Assembly (NCBI GenBank): GCA_964016885.1
Contig: OZ024757.1
Coordinates: 27,652,001-27,716,000 of the forward strand
Source of the DNA: Eledone cirrhosa
Taxonomy: Eukaryota
Direction: 5' to 3'
DNA length: 64,000 nucleotides
Part shown: piece after piece, positions 1 through 13,801 of the stretch
How positions within the stretch are numbered: the stretch's first letter is position 1
Layout of the letters: the number at the start of each line of letters is the position of its first letter
The notes under the pieces: generated by a model
Told to the model about the DNA's origin: nothing
Database searches by the model: none
The model's input: only the letters and a program-made list of their open reading frames with translations
Position numbers and translations under genes: made by a program

Positions 1-325
1 TTGTGGCACCAAAACGATCATCTAACAGGGTTGACTGGCCACTTTCTGGCATGTCACTGGTACAACCATCTTACAGAGTAGACACTTTTTGTTATGTCAC
101 TAGCACAACCACCTTACAAGGTAGACTGGGCACTTTTTGTCATAACACCAGCATGACCACCTTACAGAGTTGACTGGGTACTTATTGCCATATCACTAGC
201 ACAACAACTACCTTACAAAGTGGACTGGGTGTTTTGTTTTTGTTGTGTCACCAACATGACGACTTTTCATGGTCGACTGGGTGCTTTTTTTCTTGTGTCA
301 CTAACACACGACCAACTTAGAGGGT
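1..325. repeat. Degenerate ~45-50-bp minisatellite
   Basis: Unit gactgggcactttttgtcatgtcactagcacaaccaccttacagagt, about 7 copies. Confidence 0.8.
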
Positions 326-803
326 GATATATGCATATAAGGAAACACAAAATCAAACAGGTATAGGCATGGTTGTGTGTTTAAAAAGATTGCTTTGCAA
401 CCATATGGTATCCAGTCCAGGCCTATTCCATGGCACCTTGGGCAAGTGCCTTCAATTATATAGCCTCATGTTCACCAATGTCTTATGTGTGAAATTTGGT
501 AGATGGAAACTGCATCATACATTATCATTTTACGTCTACTTTTTCATGTTTTCGTGGGTTAGACAGGTCTTTTCCAGCACAGAGTCACTCCACCACTTGT
601 TGCATTCTCTTGTCATCTCCATTTTGAGCTTCAGCAATTTGTGATCAGCTCTCACCACCTTGGCTTAAGTCTTCTTTGGTCTACCTTTACTGTGGTTTCC
701 TTCCACTGAGATTTTTTTGACATTTCTTCACCCAGCAATCATCATACACACAGACATACACATGGTTGTTACTGTTCATAAGAACAAGGTTTACAGGCAC
801 AAA

Positions 804-1032
804 TTAACCCTTTATTATTTACATTACTCTATATTTACTATTGTATTTTCATAGTAAAGGCTTTACTTCACATAAATATCTCACATAATATTGAATCTAT
901 GAGATTTTGATATTATTTATTTTGAGAACAATACCTTAACATCAGTATCAGTGGCCAGGTATAGCTGGTTTGAACAGAAAGAGGTGAGATAACTCTGGCC
1001 AGATATGGCCAGTTTAAATGCTAAAGGGTTAA
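804..1032. mobile_element. piggyBac-type MITE family 1 (~215 bp)
   Basis: TTAA-CCCTTT...TAAATGCTAAAGGG-TTAA termini, no ORF, many near-identical copies in the window. Confidence 0.8.
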
Positions 1033-1269
1033 AGTACTCAATACTTTAAAAAATAGAATAATGACCCCAGATTCTTTAAGAATTTAATTTGGTACAACTA
1101 TGATATAGATAAATTACACACACACATGCTGTCTGTATGTGTTTATATATAGTCTGGTAATAGTTGTTTGGGTGTTTTGTAACAGCAAAGCAATTCTATG
1201 TTAAGGATGGGTGGATGGAGGTGTAGTGAGTAAGGTGTGTTTGGGTGTGGAGTAGGGTGTTGTGTGGTA

Positions 1270-1520
1270 GTGGTGGTGATGTTATAGTGAGTATAGTAGA
1301 AGTGTAGTAAAGTGGTGTTATAGTGAGTATGGTAAATATATAGTGAAGTGGTGGTGGTTGTTGTGGTTATGGTGATATTATAGTGAGTATGGTAAATATA
1401 TAGTGAAGTGGTGGTGGTTGTGGTGGTTATGGTGGTGGTATAGTGAGTATGGTAAATATATAGGGAAGTGATAGAGGTTGTTGTGGTGATGGTGGTGCTG
1501 GTGTTACAGTGAGTATAGCA
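1270..1520. repeat. Tandem repeat with 60-bp period, followed by GGT/AGT/CAG simple repeats to ~2120
   Basis: tagtgagtatggtaaatatatagtgaagtg recurs at 1321, 1381 and 1441. Confidence 0.8.
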
Positions 1521-2312
1521 GAGGTGTAATTAATTGGTAGTAGTGGTGGTGGTGGTGTAGAGAGTAAGGTGTGGAGTCTGGCATAGTGTGGTTGTAGTTG
1601 CAGTGTTGTGTGTATTAGGGGTGATGGAGAGATGGATGGTAATATAGTAAGGTGGGTGAAGGTTACCTGTTATGATCACACTCTGTTCTATGTTGACAAT
1701 GATAGTAGTGGTGAGGGTGGAGGTGGTGGTGGTGGTGGTAATTGTGGCATTAGTAGTCATAATAGTGGTGGCACTGGTGGTAGTTGTAGTGGTATTCGGA
1801 GTGGTTATTGCCGTAGAAGTAGTTTCTAAATGGTATACCTGTAGTAGTAGTAGTAGTAGTAGCAGCAGCAGAAGTAGTGGTAGTAGTAGTATTAGCAGAA
1901 GTAGTGGTAGTAGCAGTAATAATAATGATGGTGGTAGTAGTAGTAGTAGTAGTAGTAGAAAGGGTGGGGTGGGGTCGGGGTAATAGCAGCTGAAGATGTA
2001 GTTCTAACAACAATTAACGGCAGCTGTGCAACAGCAGCAGCAACAGCAGCAGCAACACCGGCAGCAGTAGTACTTTCTTCTTAGTTCTTAATGTTAGTAA
2101 TGATGATGATGATGATGAATGTGGGGGCAAGGTGAGAGGTGGGAACCCACTTACTGCTTGTTGTCATAACACTGCCTGTAAGTAACTCTGGAGGGGAGCA
2201 GCCTCATACACACACACACACACACATATATATGTATGTGTGTGTGTATGTCTATATATATGAGTGTGTGTATGTCTATGTGTGTGTGTGTGTGTCTCTC
2301 TCTCTCTCTATA

Positions 2313-2344
<32 letters not shown>

Positions 2345-2436
2345 ATATATATGTACATATGTAAAAATAGATGTATTATGTATATTTATATTTATATGTG
2401 TATATGTATATGTAAGTACACATACATGTATGTATG

Positions 2437-2469
<33 letters not shown>

Positions 2470-2587
2470 ATGTGTGTACATGTGTTAATATATATATATA
2501 TATATACATATAATGTATGAATATTCTCTACTTTGGTATTGAGCACATTTTCATCGTGTTTGCAAATCCAAACGTTCCTGCATATAT

Positions 2588-2770
2588 AACTGTTTCTATT
2601 TTTTGGCACAAGGCCAGCAATTATCCCAATGCATTACTGGTACTTTATTTTATCGACCCCGTAAGGATGAAAGGTAAAGTTAACCTCGGCGGGATTTGAA
2701 CTCAGGCCGTAAAGAGACGTAACTCTATGCTGGAAAGCATGGCCTCCGACCCTCTACTGATACTGCCATA
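2588..2770 (-). mobile_element. tRNA-derived SINE family A
   Basis: B-box GAGTTCAAATCCC plus the conserved block CTTTCATCCTTACGGGGTCGATAAAATAAAGTACCAG. Other minus copies at ~29810-29990 and 62168-62286. Confidence 0.8.
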
Positions 2771-2988
2771 TAATACTCAATATGTAATGTACACAAGCGT
2801 CCCTGGGTATGTGTGTGCGTGCGCACTGACACACACATATATATATATATATATATACATACACACACACATCTATAGAGATCTCAATGCTAAGCGAACA
2901 CACACAAACCTGTTAAGTAATCCGTTTTATAAAGAAAGCAGCTAGTAGAAGAAGCAGGCTGTGTTTGTGTGTATGAGTCTATTTCTCA

Positions 2989-3037
<49 letters not shown>

Positions 3038-3607
3038 CGTGCGTGTGAGTGTTAATAGAATGCTCGTGTGCGTTTTTGCCGAGGATGCTGCTGCTGCGTG
3101 AGTGTGTAATTATGTGTGTATGTATGTGTGTGTGTGTGTGTGTGTGTGTTTTGAAGCAAGCACCAGACTGTTGATAGAAAGAGTAGAAGCTACAGCAACT
3201 GTTGTCTTGCCGATCTATCTATCTATGTATTGACGGCCGTAGTTTAAGTTCGATTTTGGATGACCACCAATACCACACCTCCACCACCACCAGCACTACA
3301 CACTTACTGGATTATTATCACCTGCTGTATTATTACCATGATGATGATGATGATGATGGTGATGAATCGATGCTAGTTTTACTGCTAAACAAACAAACTT
3401 CGCCGAAAGAAATACATCGCACTCTATCATTCACGCACACACATACACACGTACTATATCTCCTTTTCTCTCACACATACACAAAATCTCACATTCACAC
3501 ATAAACATAAAATCTCACGTATACACACACACATACACTAAACCCCACATATACACACAATCACACAACCTTCTTTCTTTTTCATTCACACATACTATCT
3601 CACGTTC

Positions 3608-3691
<84 letters not shown>

Positions 3692-3854
3692 CCTTCTTTC
3701 TCTCACACACATACACACATTCTCTGTGTCGCTTTGTTGGGATCTCACTTTACATTGTTGTTCTTGTTTAACATACGACATCAACTGTGGCCACGGATAC
3801 GGTTAGTAGTATGATGAGTTTATATTGTTGTAGTTATTGAAGTTATATTATTGC

Positions 3855-3982
<128 letters not shown>

Positions 3983-3983
3983 A

Positions 3984-4141
3984 TCATTCGAAGGAAATCA
4001 TCAGGAAAGCTTTCCAGGTGATTTCCTTCGAATGAAACAGCTCTAGTCATGTAGAAGCCATTTCTATATTAAATATTGTATATACACTACAATGTATTGA
4101 ATACCTTACTTACTGTGGTTACCCCGGATTGAACCCGAGAT
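3984..4141 (+). mobile_element. Penelope-like 3' end (related pieces at 5795-5910, 15060-15185, 62962-63050)
   Basis: Hairpin cattcgaaggaaatca...tgatttccttcgaatg followed by GAAACAG(C/T)TCTAGTC and a shared tail (ggttaccccggattgaacccg). Confidence 0.55.
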
Positions 4142-4719
4142 ACATACACACACTCACACACACACACATATATATATATGTGTGTGTGTTCGGATCTAAC
4201 TGTTGAAACGGCAGGAGCTCGGCCGTCGGGGTCCCGGGGCCCAGAACTCAACGAGACTTGAGTACCTGTTATGTCACCGTTGTAATTATATATATATATA
4301 TGAGAGAGAGAGCTATATATATATATTTACGCGTGTGTATGTATATTTCTCTGTCTGTCTCTCTCTCTCTCTAGTTTGTTGTTTAAACTTTATATAATAT
4401 AGTTACTACTATTACTACTTTCAACATTACCCCACCACTGTATCACCCTATACTACCGTTGCTATACTAACACCTACACCACCACAACATGCAGGCGCAC
4501 GAACCAGAAGAAAGTTTAACATAGTCGCTCGACCTTCTAGAAATAACAGCCAAATGTTCTTCAGATCACTCTTTACCGTCTTAGATAATGAGGTCCAAAA
4601 AGTATAAGGCGAATGGGTCATGGTTGGAATGGATTTGGTCATAAGTATCCTGGATCAGAGCTGACAAAGGGCTAAATAACAATAAGAGCAACACCACCAC
4701 TACAGTAATACACAACTGT

Positions 4720-5125
4720 ACAACACCACACACACCACCATCACCGCATTAACACGATGCACACCACCACCACCATCATCACCACATTAACACCAAACAC
4801 ACCACCACCACCATCTCCACATTAACACCATCACCATCTCAACACCATAATCACCACATTAACACCATACACACCACCACCACCATCACCATCTCCACAT
4901 TAACATCATACACACCACCATCATCTCCACATTAACACAATACACACCACCATCATCACCACATTAACACCATACACACCACCACCACCATCATCACCAC
5001 CATACACACCACCACCACCACCATCACCATCTCCACATTAACACAATACACACCACCATCACCACATTAACACAATACACACCACCACCACCACCACCAT
5101 CACCACATTAACACCACCACCACCT
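4720..5125. repeat. CAC-rich minisatellite
   Basis: Unit ccacattaacaccatacacaccaccaccatc. Confidence 0.8.
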
Positions 5126-5454
5126 CTACTACTGTTCAATTGTTCTTCGTATCAAGTTTTCTGTCTTTTGTACTTTTCATGTTTGTTCATTTCTTTCATC
5201 TCCTTCTCTCCTCTCCTTCTCACCTCTCACTGTTGCCGTCGTTTCCCTCCATCTTACATCATCTAACATATTTCTATCTCTTTCTTCTCATGTTTTCATC
5301 TCTTTTTTTTCTTCTCTCTCAAAATCATACACGGTCTAACTTCTCTCTCTCCCTCTCTTTGTATGTGTGTGTATGTATATAATATATATCTTTATATATA
5401 TATATATACACACACATACAAAGAGAGAGAGAGAAGTTTATATATATTTATATA

Positions 5455-5605
5455 TGGGAAAAGAGTCAGCACCCCGACAGCTGAGTTCCGGGTTCGGATC
5501 TAGCTGTCGAAACGGCCGGAGCTCAGCCGTCGGGGTCCTGACTCTTTTCCTATTACCCACTCTGGTGCGTTATGGTCCACCTGGTTTCTCACCACACTTT
5601 CTTTG

Positions 5606-5608
<3 letters not shown>
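5455..5608 (+). mobile_element. Penelope-like 3' end with the 3' half of a hammerhead (family also at ~4188-4285, 8279-8339, 8391-8529, 11706-11764, 17596-17738)
   Basis: tagctgtc GAAA cggc...gccg TC ggggtc followed by a shared tail ending in (TA)n. Partial inverted copy upstream. Confidence 0.65.
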
Positions 5609-5660
<52 letters not shown>

Positions 5661-5754
5661 AATGTGTGTGTGTGTGTATGTATAGCTGCCCCAGCAGGGC
5701 CTCAGCCTACAAGCTGGAACACGTAATAGAATAATGATTTCTAATATACTGATA

Positions 5755-5797
<43 letters not shown>

Positions 5798-6122
5798 GGG
5801 TTCAATCGGAGGTAACCACAGTAAGTGAGGTACTCAATACACTGTACAGATGATTTCCTTCGAATGGAAACAGTTCTAGTCCTATAGAAGCCATCTCTAT
5901 ATTAAGCAATATATATATATATATATAATAATAGAAGACTGGAGGGTTGTAGATCCGCAGTAGTAGAGCACCCAGTCCATGGGACGAGTTTGATGATTCG
6001 TCTGAGGTGAAACAAATTGTTCTCGGAAATAGTGAATTAACTGTTGTGGAACTAGAGAGAGAGAGAGAATAAAGAAAATACGAAGTTTCGGTATACATAT
6101 TAAAGAATTCTTTGTTAACGAA

Positions 6123-6204
6123 GCTGTGATACGTATTTCAATGACGATCGTGGCTACCTGATTGTTCAATCAGGTAACCGGTCACGCGATATCATCAGAC
6201 AAGC
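6123..6204 (-). ncRNA. Minimal type I hammerhead ribozyme motif (Penelope-like element terminus)
   Basis: Minus strand reads gcttgt CTGATGA [stem II incl. ggttacctgattg/caatcaggtagcc] GAAA T-ACGT-A TC acagc. The base of stem II pairs imperfectly. Confidence 0.7.
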
Positions 6205-6395
6205 ATATTTATGTAATACGGCTACGTTTCCGAGGCAATCCAATCTAAAGAGAAGCGAACGGACAAAAAGGATGTTTTCATAGCCGAAGTCCGTTCCCTT
6301 GTCTTATATATATATATAGTAATAATAATAAATTTGAAGATCCCGTTAAGGGTGAAAGCAGCGATTCTTTGCTTAAACTTTAATCTGTTATTTTA

Positions 6396-6421
<26 letters not shown>

Positions 6422-6426
<5 letters not shown>

Positions 6427-6770
6427 CGATATTAAACAAATGGAAACTATATTTATAAAACCATATTTATTTCATTATACATATTTCAGGGATACCATAT
6501 TAAAAATATGGCATGCCTTCGTCAGATAAAATACAATATATAAAAACTGTCGGTGAGCATGTCCAGCTAACCTGTATTTTATCTGACGAAGGCATGCCAT
6601 ATTTTTAATATGGTATCCCTGAAATATGTATAATGAAATAAATATGGTTTTATAAATATAGTTTCCATTTGTTTAATATCGTATATCTACTCCAAAAACT
6701 TGTCGAGTGCTTTATATCGGTTATAAAATATTTACTTGTTGTAACCCAACAATTTTAAATAAAACTTTTG
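6422..6770. mobile_element. Fold-back Penelope-like remnant: 114-bp inverted arms (6422-6535 / 6573-6686) plus a 3' tail
   Basis: Arms read as exact reverse complements, each with a hammerhead. (TA)n on both sides. Confidence 0.75.
6575..6640 (+). ncRNA. Minimal type I hammerhead ribozyme motif; inverted twin at 6468-6533 (-)
   Basis: tattttat CTGACGA aggcatgccatat-tttta-atatggtatccct GAAA T-ATGT-A TA atgaaata: 8-bp stem I, long stem II, 1-bp stem III. Confidence 0.8.
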
Positions 6771-7639
6771 CATATATATATATATATATAAATTCAAATT
6801 TAAAATACAATGTTTCTCTAACCATATACGACTATATGCATATATACATTTTTTAAATTTAAATTATTGATGCTCTGGACAAACACCCATTGAGCCTTTT
6901 TGCTGAGAAACATAGTCATCATACATACTCTATATGGTCTGATACTTTAAATTAGTACATATCCTCTCCAAATTCTTAATTAGTACATCGAACCTATTTC
7001 TAGCGGATGCGCTATCTGTCTCACTGGTAAATATAAATTCACTCCATTGAGTCAGGATTGACTATTTCTCAGAACATGACAGATATAAAAGTATGTTGTA
7101 TTCTATTGATATTATAATGAGACAATTTTTCCTTGGATGATTAGTTCCACGTCTACCGGAGCAGTACCAACATCGATATTTGGTAATCGATTGATTTTCA
7201 ATCCGGTTTTAGGAGCTATAAAACAGTGCTGACCGGAGTTTTAGTTATTCCAGCTCAAAACGAGGTGTTTCCAAAATATATATTTTTTTATATATATGAA
7301 CAGAATACAATAGGTTTTTCTCACGATATATGACTACAGGCATATATTTATTTTTTTTATTTTAATTTTTGTATATGTTATGATACTTTAAATGAGTATA
7401 CGGTGATTAACTAATTAATATTATATATATATATATAGAATTCACAAGAATCAAAGCTATGTTCAAAGCATTTATTCACTTACAATTGTTTCATCTTGGG
7501 GTCTTCGGAGCATTTTTCAATGTTTGTACACATAATTGACCTCCTTTCCAACGCCAGAGATATACAGATACATATATATATATATTGATGTACAGTGGAG
7601 TGACATATATTATACTATATTATTCCTGTATGAATGTAT

Positions 7640-7800
7640 ATCGGGCGGGTAAAATTCCCGAGATCCCTGTACAAGTTCCCTCCAGGGGTCTCTGTCCTTC
7701 ATCATCCTCACCACGTCCTGCGTCTCCCATAGACCAGTGTCTGTCCTTAGGGCATCAATATATGTCATCCTCGGTTTCCCTCTTCTAGTGTGTCCGTGTA
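7640..7800 (-). pseudogene. RTE-type LINE ORF2 3' end fragment
   Basis: HGHTRRGKPRMTYIDALRTDTG...MKDRDPWRELV matches the RxxGRPxxxxxDxL...xDRxxW end of RTE-type ORF2. Similar decayed ends at ~26912-27190 and 58820-58940. Confidence 0.7.
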
Positions 7801-8094
7801 AGGGGGCTCCCACAGGACCACTGAGTGCAGTGTCAACTGTGAATGTCGGTGAGCATGTCCAGCTAACCTGAGTCTCCTCTGTGTTACTTCCGAGCTGAAG
7901 GGAGATCTCTCTAACACCAATATATATATAATTATATATATGGGTGTAGTTGGCTGTTCCTCCAGAGGTTATCCTGCGAGCTACAGGTAGTCTTCTCAGT
8001 TTAACATCAGATCCAATGTTTAACTGTCTGGGGAACACACAGAGGAGTAAACTCCCGAGTAACAAACAGGCTACTAGATCAGCCGTAGTAAACT

Positions 8095-8149
8095 AATATT
8101 CTCTACTTTGGTATTGAGTACTCATTCTTGTATTCGTCAATACTGATGA

Positions 8150-8217
<68 letters not shown>

Positions 8218-8530
8218 GAAGTAATTCCGTATGGGAAAAAGTGTGACCCCGACGGCAGAGCTCAAGCCGTTTCGACGGTCCAGAAATAGCCGTCGAAACG
8301 GCTTGAGCTCTGCCGTCGGGGGTCACACTTTTTCCTATATATATATATATATATACTCATCAGTATTGACGAATACAAGAATGAGTACTCAGTCCAGAAA
8401 TAGCCGTCGAAACGGCTTGAGCTCTGCCGTCGGGGTCACACTTTTTCCTATTTCCCACTCTACTACCCTAAATATTGAGTACTCTGGTGCGTTATGGTCC
8501 ATCTGGTTCCTTACCACAATTCCTTCGTTA
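8095..8530. mobile_element. Composite nested fold-back of Penelope-like ends
   Basis: Inner arms 8234-8278/8290-8335, outer arms ~8116-8152/8353-8389, then a direct copy at 8391-8529. Confidence 0.65.
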
Positions 8531-8648
8531 TATATATATATATGTATTTCAGTATGTGTGTGTGTGTATACACACACACATATATACATACATATATAAA
8601 ATAAGATATAGATATATAAGTATAAACACACCCACATCTTATTCAATA

Positions 8649-8681
<33 letters not shown>

Positions 8682-9068
8682 CACATACCGATTTACTGCT
8701 ATCATCGCCCTTGTTCTTTCTTTCCTTCCTTAACATCTCTTCCCCACCCCCTCATCCTCTCTCATCAGAATTGTTAAATACGTACTTAGCTTTATGCGTG
8801 TTTGTTAGTGGCTCATTAATAGTCTAATTATAAATACGAACTCACAGTGTCTGTATGTGCATGTGTGTGTGTCTGTATGTGCGAGTGTGTATGTATGTGT
8901 GTGTGTGTGTGCGCGCGGTACCAGCATAGCACAAGAACTTAAGTCTTGAATTCATTCAGCTGTTGGTGTTGGTGTTGGTGGCACTGTTTCTGTTGTTGTT
9001 GCTGACATGATTGTTACTGTCAGTGTTCACTTTACTGTTGTTATTGTTGCTAATGTTGTTGCTGTCAC

Positions 9069-9290
9069 TGCTACAGTTGTTGCTATTGTTGTTGTTACTG
9101 TTGCTACTGTCGGTGCTGCCTTTACTATTGCTACAGTTGTTGCTATTGTTGTTGTTACTGTTGCTACTGTCGGTGCTGCCTTTACTATTGCTACAGTTGT
9201 TGCTATTGTTGTTGTTACTGTTGCTACTGTCGGTGCTGCCTTTACTATTGCTACAGTTGTTGCTATTGTTGTTGTTACTGTTGCTACTGT
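9069..9290. repeat. Perfect 60-bp tandem repeat (about 3.7 copies) within GTT/GCT low-complexity DNA
   Basis: Lines starting at 9121 and 9181 are identical. Confidence 0.9.
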
Positions 9291-9946
9291 AGTTGTTACT
9301 GTTGCTATTGTCATAGCTCTTACTGTTGCTATTAATATTACTGCTGTTGTTGTTGCTATTAATATTACTACTGTTGTTGTTGCTATTAATATTACTACTG
9401 TTGTTGCTATTGATGTTACCATTGTTGTTGTTGTTATCAATGATACCACTGTTGTTGTTGCTATTGTTGTTAGTTTCCTTGTTGTTTTACAATCTGTTGA
9501 TTTAATTTTCGACATACCTTTTTTTTTTATTGTTTGTCTTCTGTTCTACCATTCCCCTATTGACTGCAACGATAGAATCAGTAGCAACAATGGCAGACAA
9601 AATACCTTGCGGTATTTACCTACGCCCTTTACATAGTGGGTTCATTCACACCTCATCAAAGATGACCTTGCCAATATAGCTCATACATACATACATACAT
9701 ACATACACGTACATTCATGCTTTGACGCATAGAGTTACGGCCCTTACCATTCTGAGTTCAAATCCCGCCGAGGTTAACTTTACCTTTCATCCTTACGGGG
9801 TCGATAAAATAAAGTACCAGTAATGCACTGGGTAATTGCTGGCCTTGTGCCAAAAGTAGATATTTGCGTTGTCATCAGATAAAGTAGGGAGACATGGTAT
9901 GAAGCTTAAAAAAGACACTTGTGAGCAAGTCTAAACATAAAATATT

Positions 9947-10011
<65 letters not shown>

Positions 10012-10105
10012 TCATCATCATCATTTTACGTCCGTTCTTCCACGCTAGCATGATATATATATATCATCATCATCACCGTTTTATGTCCGTTCTTCCACGC
10101 TAGCA

Positions 10106-10163
<58 letters not shown>

Positions 10164-10493
10164 GGCTAAGCGGCTAAACATTTCACTTTGCCTTCATCGA
10201 TATTGCATGTTCAGTATCATTATATGGCATCATAGGCCATGATGAAATCTTACACCATGACTGCGAGTTGTCCGAAGCATTCTGGATGAAAGTAGGCAGA
10301 CAGGGAGAGCACAGAAGCCTAAAGTCCATCAGATGGACTGTACCTGTAATTCAGTGGTGCAAAACCATGTGTCACAGTGTGTCATGCTGATTCCACTTAA
10401 GAAATACACTAAATCACTTCAGAACACTCAGCCACTTGCTACTCTAATTCAATGACTAGGTTGTTCAGTTGATCAAACAACTGTGGAGTCCAA

Positions 10494-11050
<557 letters not shown>

Positions 11051-11246
11051 ATATATATATAGACATAACAAATAGTTTTATTGCTCTACATGGCTGAACA
11101 CAATAAATGTAATCAGAGTTTTTCAAGTATTAATGATATATATATATATATATATCTGTGTGTGTGTGCGTGTATATATATATATATCATTAATATTCGA
11201 AATATATATATATCTGTGTGTGTGTATATATCTATATATATCTCTC

Positions 11247-11279
<33 letters not shown>

Positions 11280-11467
11280 GCCTTGTCTTGAGTATACATT
11301 GAAAAGAAAAAAAGGGTATTTTATTGGATTTTATGCTCAATGGAGGTATTTGTGACATCTGTGTGGCACAGAACAGTGTGTATGCCTGAGTACCAATGTA
11401 CAGTAGTGTGTGTGTATTTTGAAGTATGTTTTAATAAATGTCTTCTTTGATGGTTATCTTCTGACAG

Positions 11468-11553
11468 GAACATGAAGAAAGCGCTGCTAGACCAGCTGTG
11501 AAGAAAGTTGAATTTGATGTCAGTGTTAAAGACAAAGTTGAAGAGCCAACAAG
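11468..11553 (+). CDS. Probable upstream exon of the CNK/IPCEF1-family gene (EHEESAARPAVKKVEFDVSVKDKVEEPT+AG)
   Basis: Pyrimidine tract and CTGACAG acceptor, one open frame, AAG|GTAAAT donor. It ends in phase 2, which does not join directly to the phase-0 exon at 33669. Confidence 0.55.
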
Positions 11554-11601
11554 GTAAATATCCAACTCCTTCCTTACATTTTTATATATATACACACATA
11601 T

Positions 11602-11649
<48 letters not shown>

Positions 11650-11665
11650 TATGTGTATACATATA

Positions 11666-11706
<41 letters not shown>

Positions 11707-11760
11707 TCCAGAATTAGCCGTCGAAACGGCTTGAGCTCAGCCGTCGGGGTCCTACTCGTT

Positions 11761-11844
<84 letters not shown>

Positions 11845-11971
11845 CACATGTATATGTATATACATATATATGTATATGTATGTACACATATATATATATA
11901 TATATATGTATATACATATATATATACATACACATATAAATTCACATATACATATATTCACATATATATAT

Positions 11972-12504
11972 ATAAAGGATGAATAATAACAGGTAGACAT
12001 CATAAAAAGTTAATTTATTCCGAGTGCTTACAAATGTTTGAACAGTAGTTATACAGCCTAGTCATGCTACATGCAAATTGATAATTATTTGATAAGCAAA
12101 TTGATAAGCATTTGAAAATTGAGTTTCTGCAATCAAATAATTATCAATTTGCACGTAGCATGACTAGGCTGTATAACTACTGTTGAAACATTTGTAAGCA
12201 CTCGGAATAAATTACCTTTTTATGATGTCTACCTGTTATTATTCATCCTTTATCTACACTCCGGAATACAGAAGGATCAGAAACTGAGTTTTTCCGACTA
12301 TTCTTCCATAACTCGTTGAGTAACCCCTCACTGTACGTCAACTCTATCTAGTGTAGTAATTAACCATTATTGCATTCAGGACAACCCTAAGCATTTCTTG
12401 CATAACCTAATATATATACATATATACATCCTAGTTACCTCACATTCTTAGCCTTTTTCATACCAACTCACATGAAACTACCCATGGTTTATTTTAAAAT
12501 GACC

Positions 12505-12510
<6 letters not shown>
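11972..12510. mobile_element. Fold-back Penelope-like remnant: ~122-bp arms (11972-12093 / 12132-12253) plus tail
   Basis: Near-perfect inverted repeat containing GAAA C-ATTT-G TA (3' half of a hammerhead). (TA)n flanks. Confidence 0.65.
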
Positions 12511-12534
<24 letters not shown>

Positions 12535-12535
<1 letters not shown>

Positions 12536-12940
12536 AAGGCACATGGATTAGTGGTTAGAGCATTTGGGCTTGCAATCGAAAGGTTGTGAGTTCAATTCTC
12601 AGACCGGGTGATGTGTTGTTTCCTTGAGCAAGACACTTTATTTCACATTGCTCCAGTTTACTCAGCTGTAGAAATGCAAAGTGGTCGTGGAGGTGCCACG
12701 GCAAAAAAGCACCCAGCCCACACTGTAAAGTTGTCGTGTAGGCGCCATGGAAAAAAGCACCCAGCACTCACTGTAAATGAGGTTGGTGTTAGGAAGCGCA
12801 TCCAACTGTAGAAATCAAGCCAGAATCAGTTCCCGTATGAGCAAGAGAAGGTCAACCGACCGGACACTGCCCACAACAGGACAACCCGTCTAACCCATGC
12901 TAGCGTGGAAGAACAGACGAAAAACGGTGATGATGACGAC
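12535..12940 (+). mobile_element. SINE family B with an internal ~50-bp duplication
   Basis: Same head and CORE-like block, (GAT)n tail. 3' portions also at 13200-13645, 25270-25600, 14815-15040(-), 60230-60370. Confidence 0.85.
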
Positions 12941-13766
12941 AGTGTGTGTATATATATATGTATATGTATGAAGGTTACAGGAAATGAACAAACAAGAGGA
13001 TGCAATAACATGAAGTGTATTAGTTTCACACTTGGAGAAAGAAGAATGAATTACGTAGTCAACATATCCGACATTTGCCCTTCATAAGGAAGGGCACAGT
13101 ATGTATGTATGATGAACGATCTAGATGTATATTAATAGTGTGTAGGGTCCTGAAACCTTTGGTAAAACACCCCCCCCCCCCCCCCCCCCCCGTCCCACCA
13201 CCTCCACCCCATCCACACCGCCCCTTTCAATGTAAAGTTATGTTGGTCCCACAACATCCAGGCCGAAACAAATGAGATCGTGTAGGTGTCACGATAAAAA
13301 AACACACAGTCCACGCTGTAAATGTGGCCGTGTAGGCAACACGGTAAAAACCTCCCAGCCCCACACTGTAAATGTGGTTGGTGTTAGGAAGGGCATCCAG
13401 CTGTAGAAAACCCGCCAGACAGTCCACGCTGTAATGTGGCCGTGTAGGCAACACGGTAAAAACCTCCCAGCCCCACACTGTAAATGTGGTTGGTGTTAGG
13501 AAGGGCATCCAACTGTAGAAAACCCGCCAGACAGTCCTATGCGAGCAAGACAACCACTCTTGCCTCAAGTGGGAAAACCCCCGTCCAAACCCATGCAAGC
13601 GTGGAACACGGACGCTAAACCTGATGATGATGATGATGATGATGAGGATATATATATATATTTATATATATATATATATATATAGTAATAATAATAAAAT
13701 TGAAGACTAAAATCCAAAGAGGGCTCGATAAGGAAAATATATATCAAATATATAAGAACCGTAGAG

Positions 13767-13801
<35 letters not shown>

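Noticed and set aside
9007-9636. 209-aa Val/Thr-rich ORF and antisense mucin-like ORF
   Set aside because: They arise from a 60-bp tandem repeat and GTT/GCT low complexity that is open in several frames. No splice support was seen.
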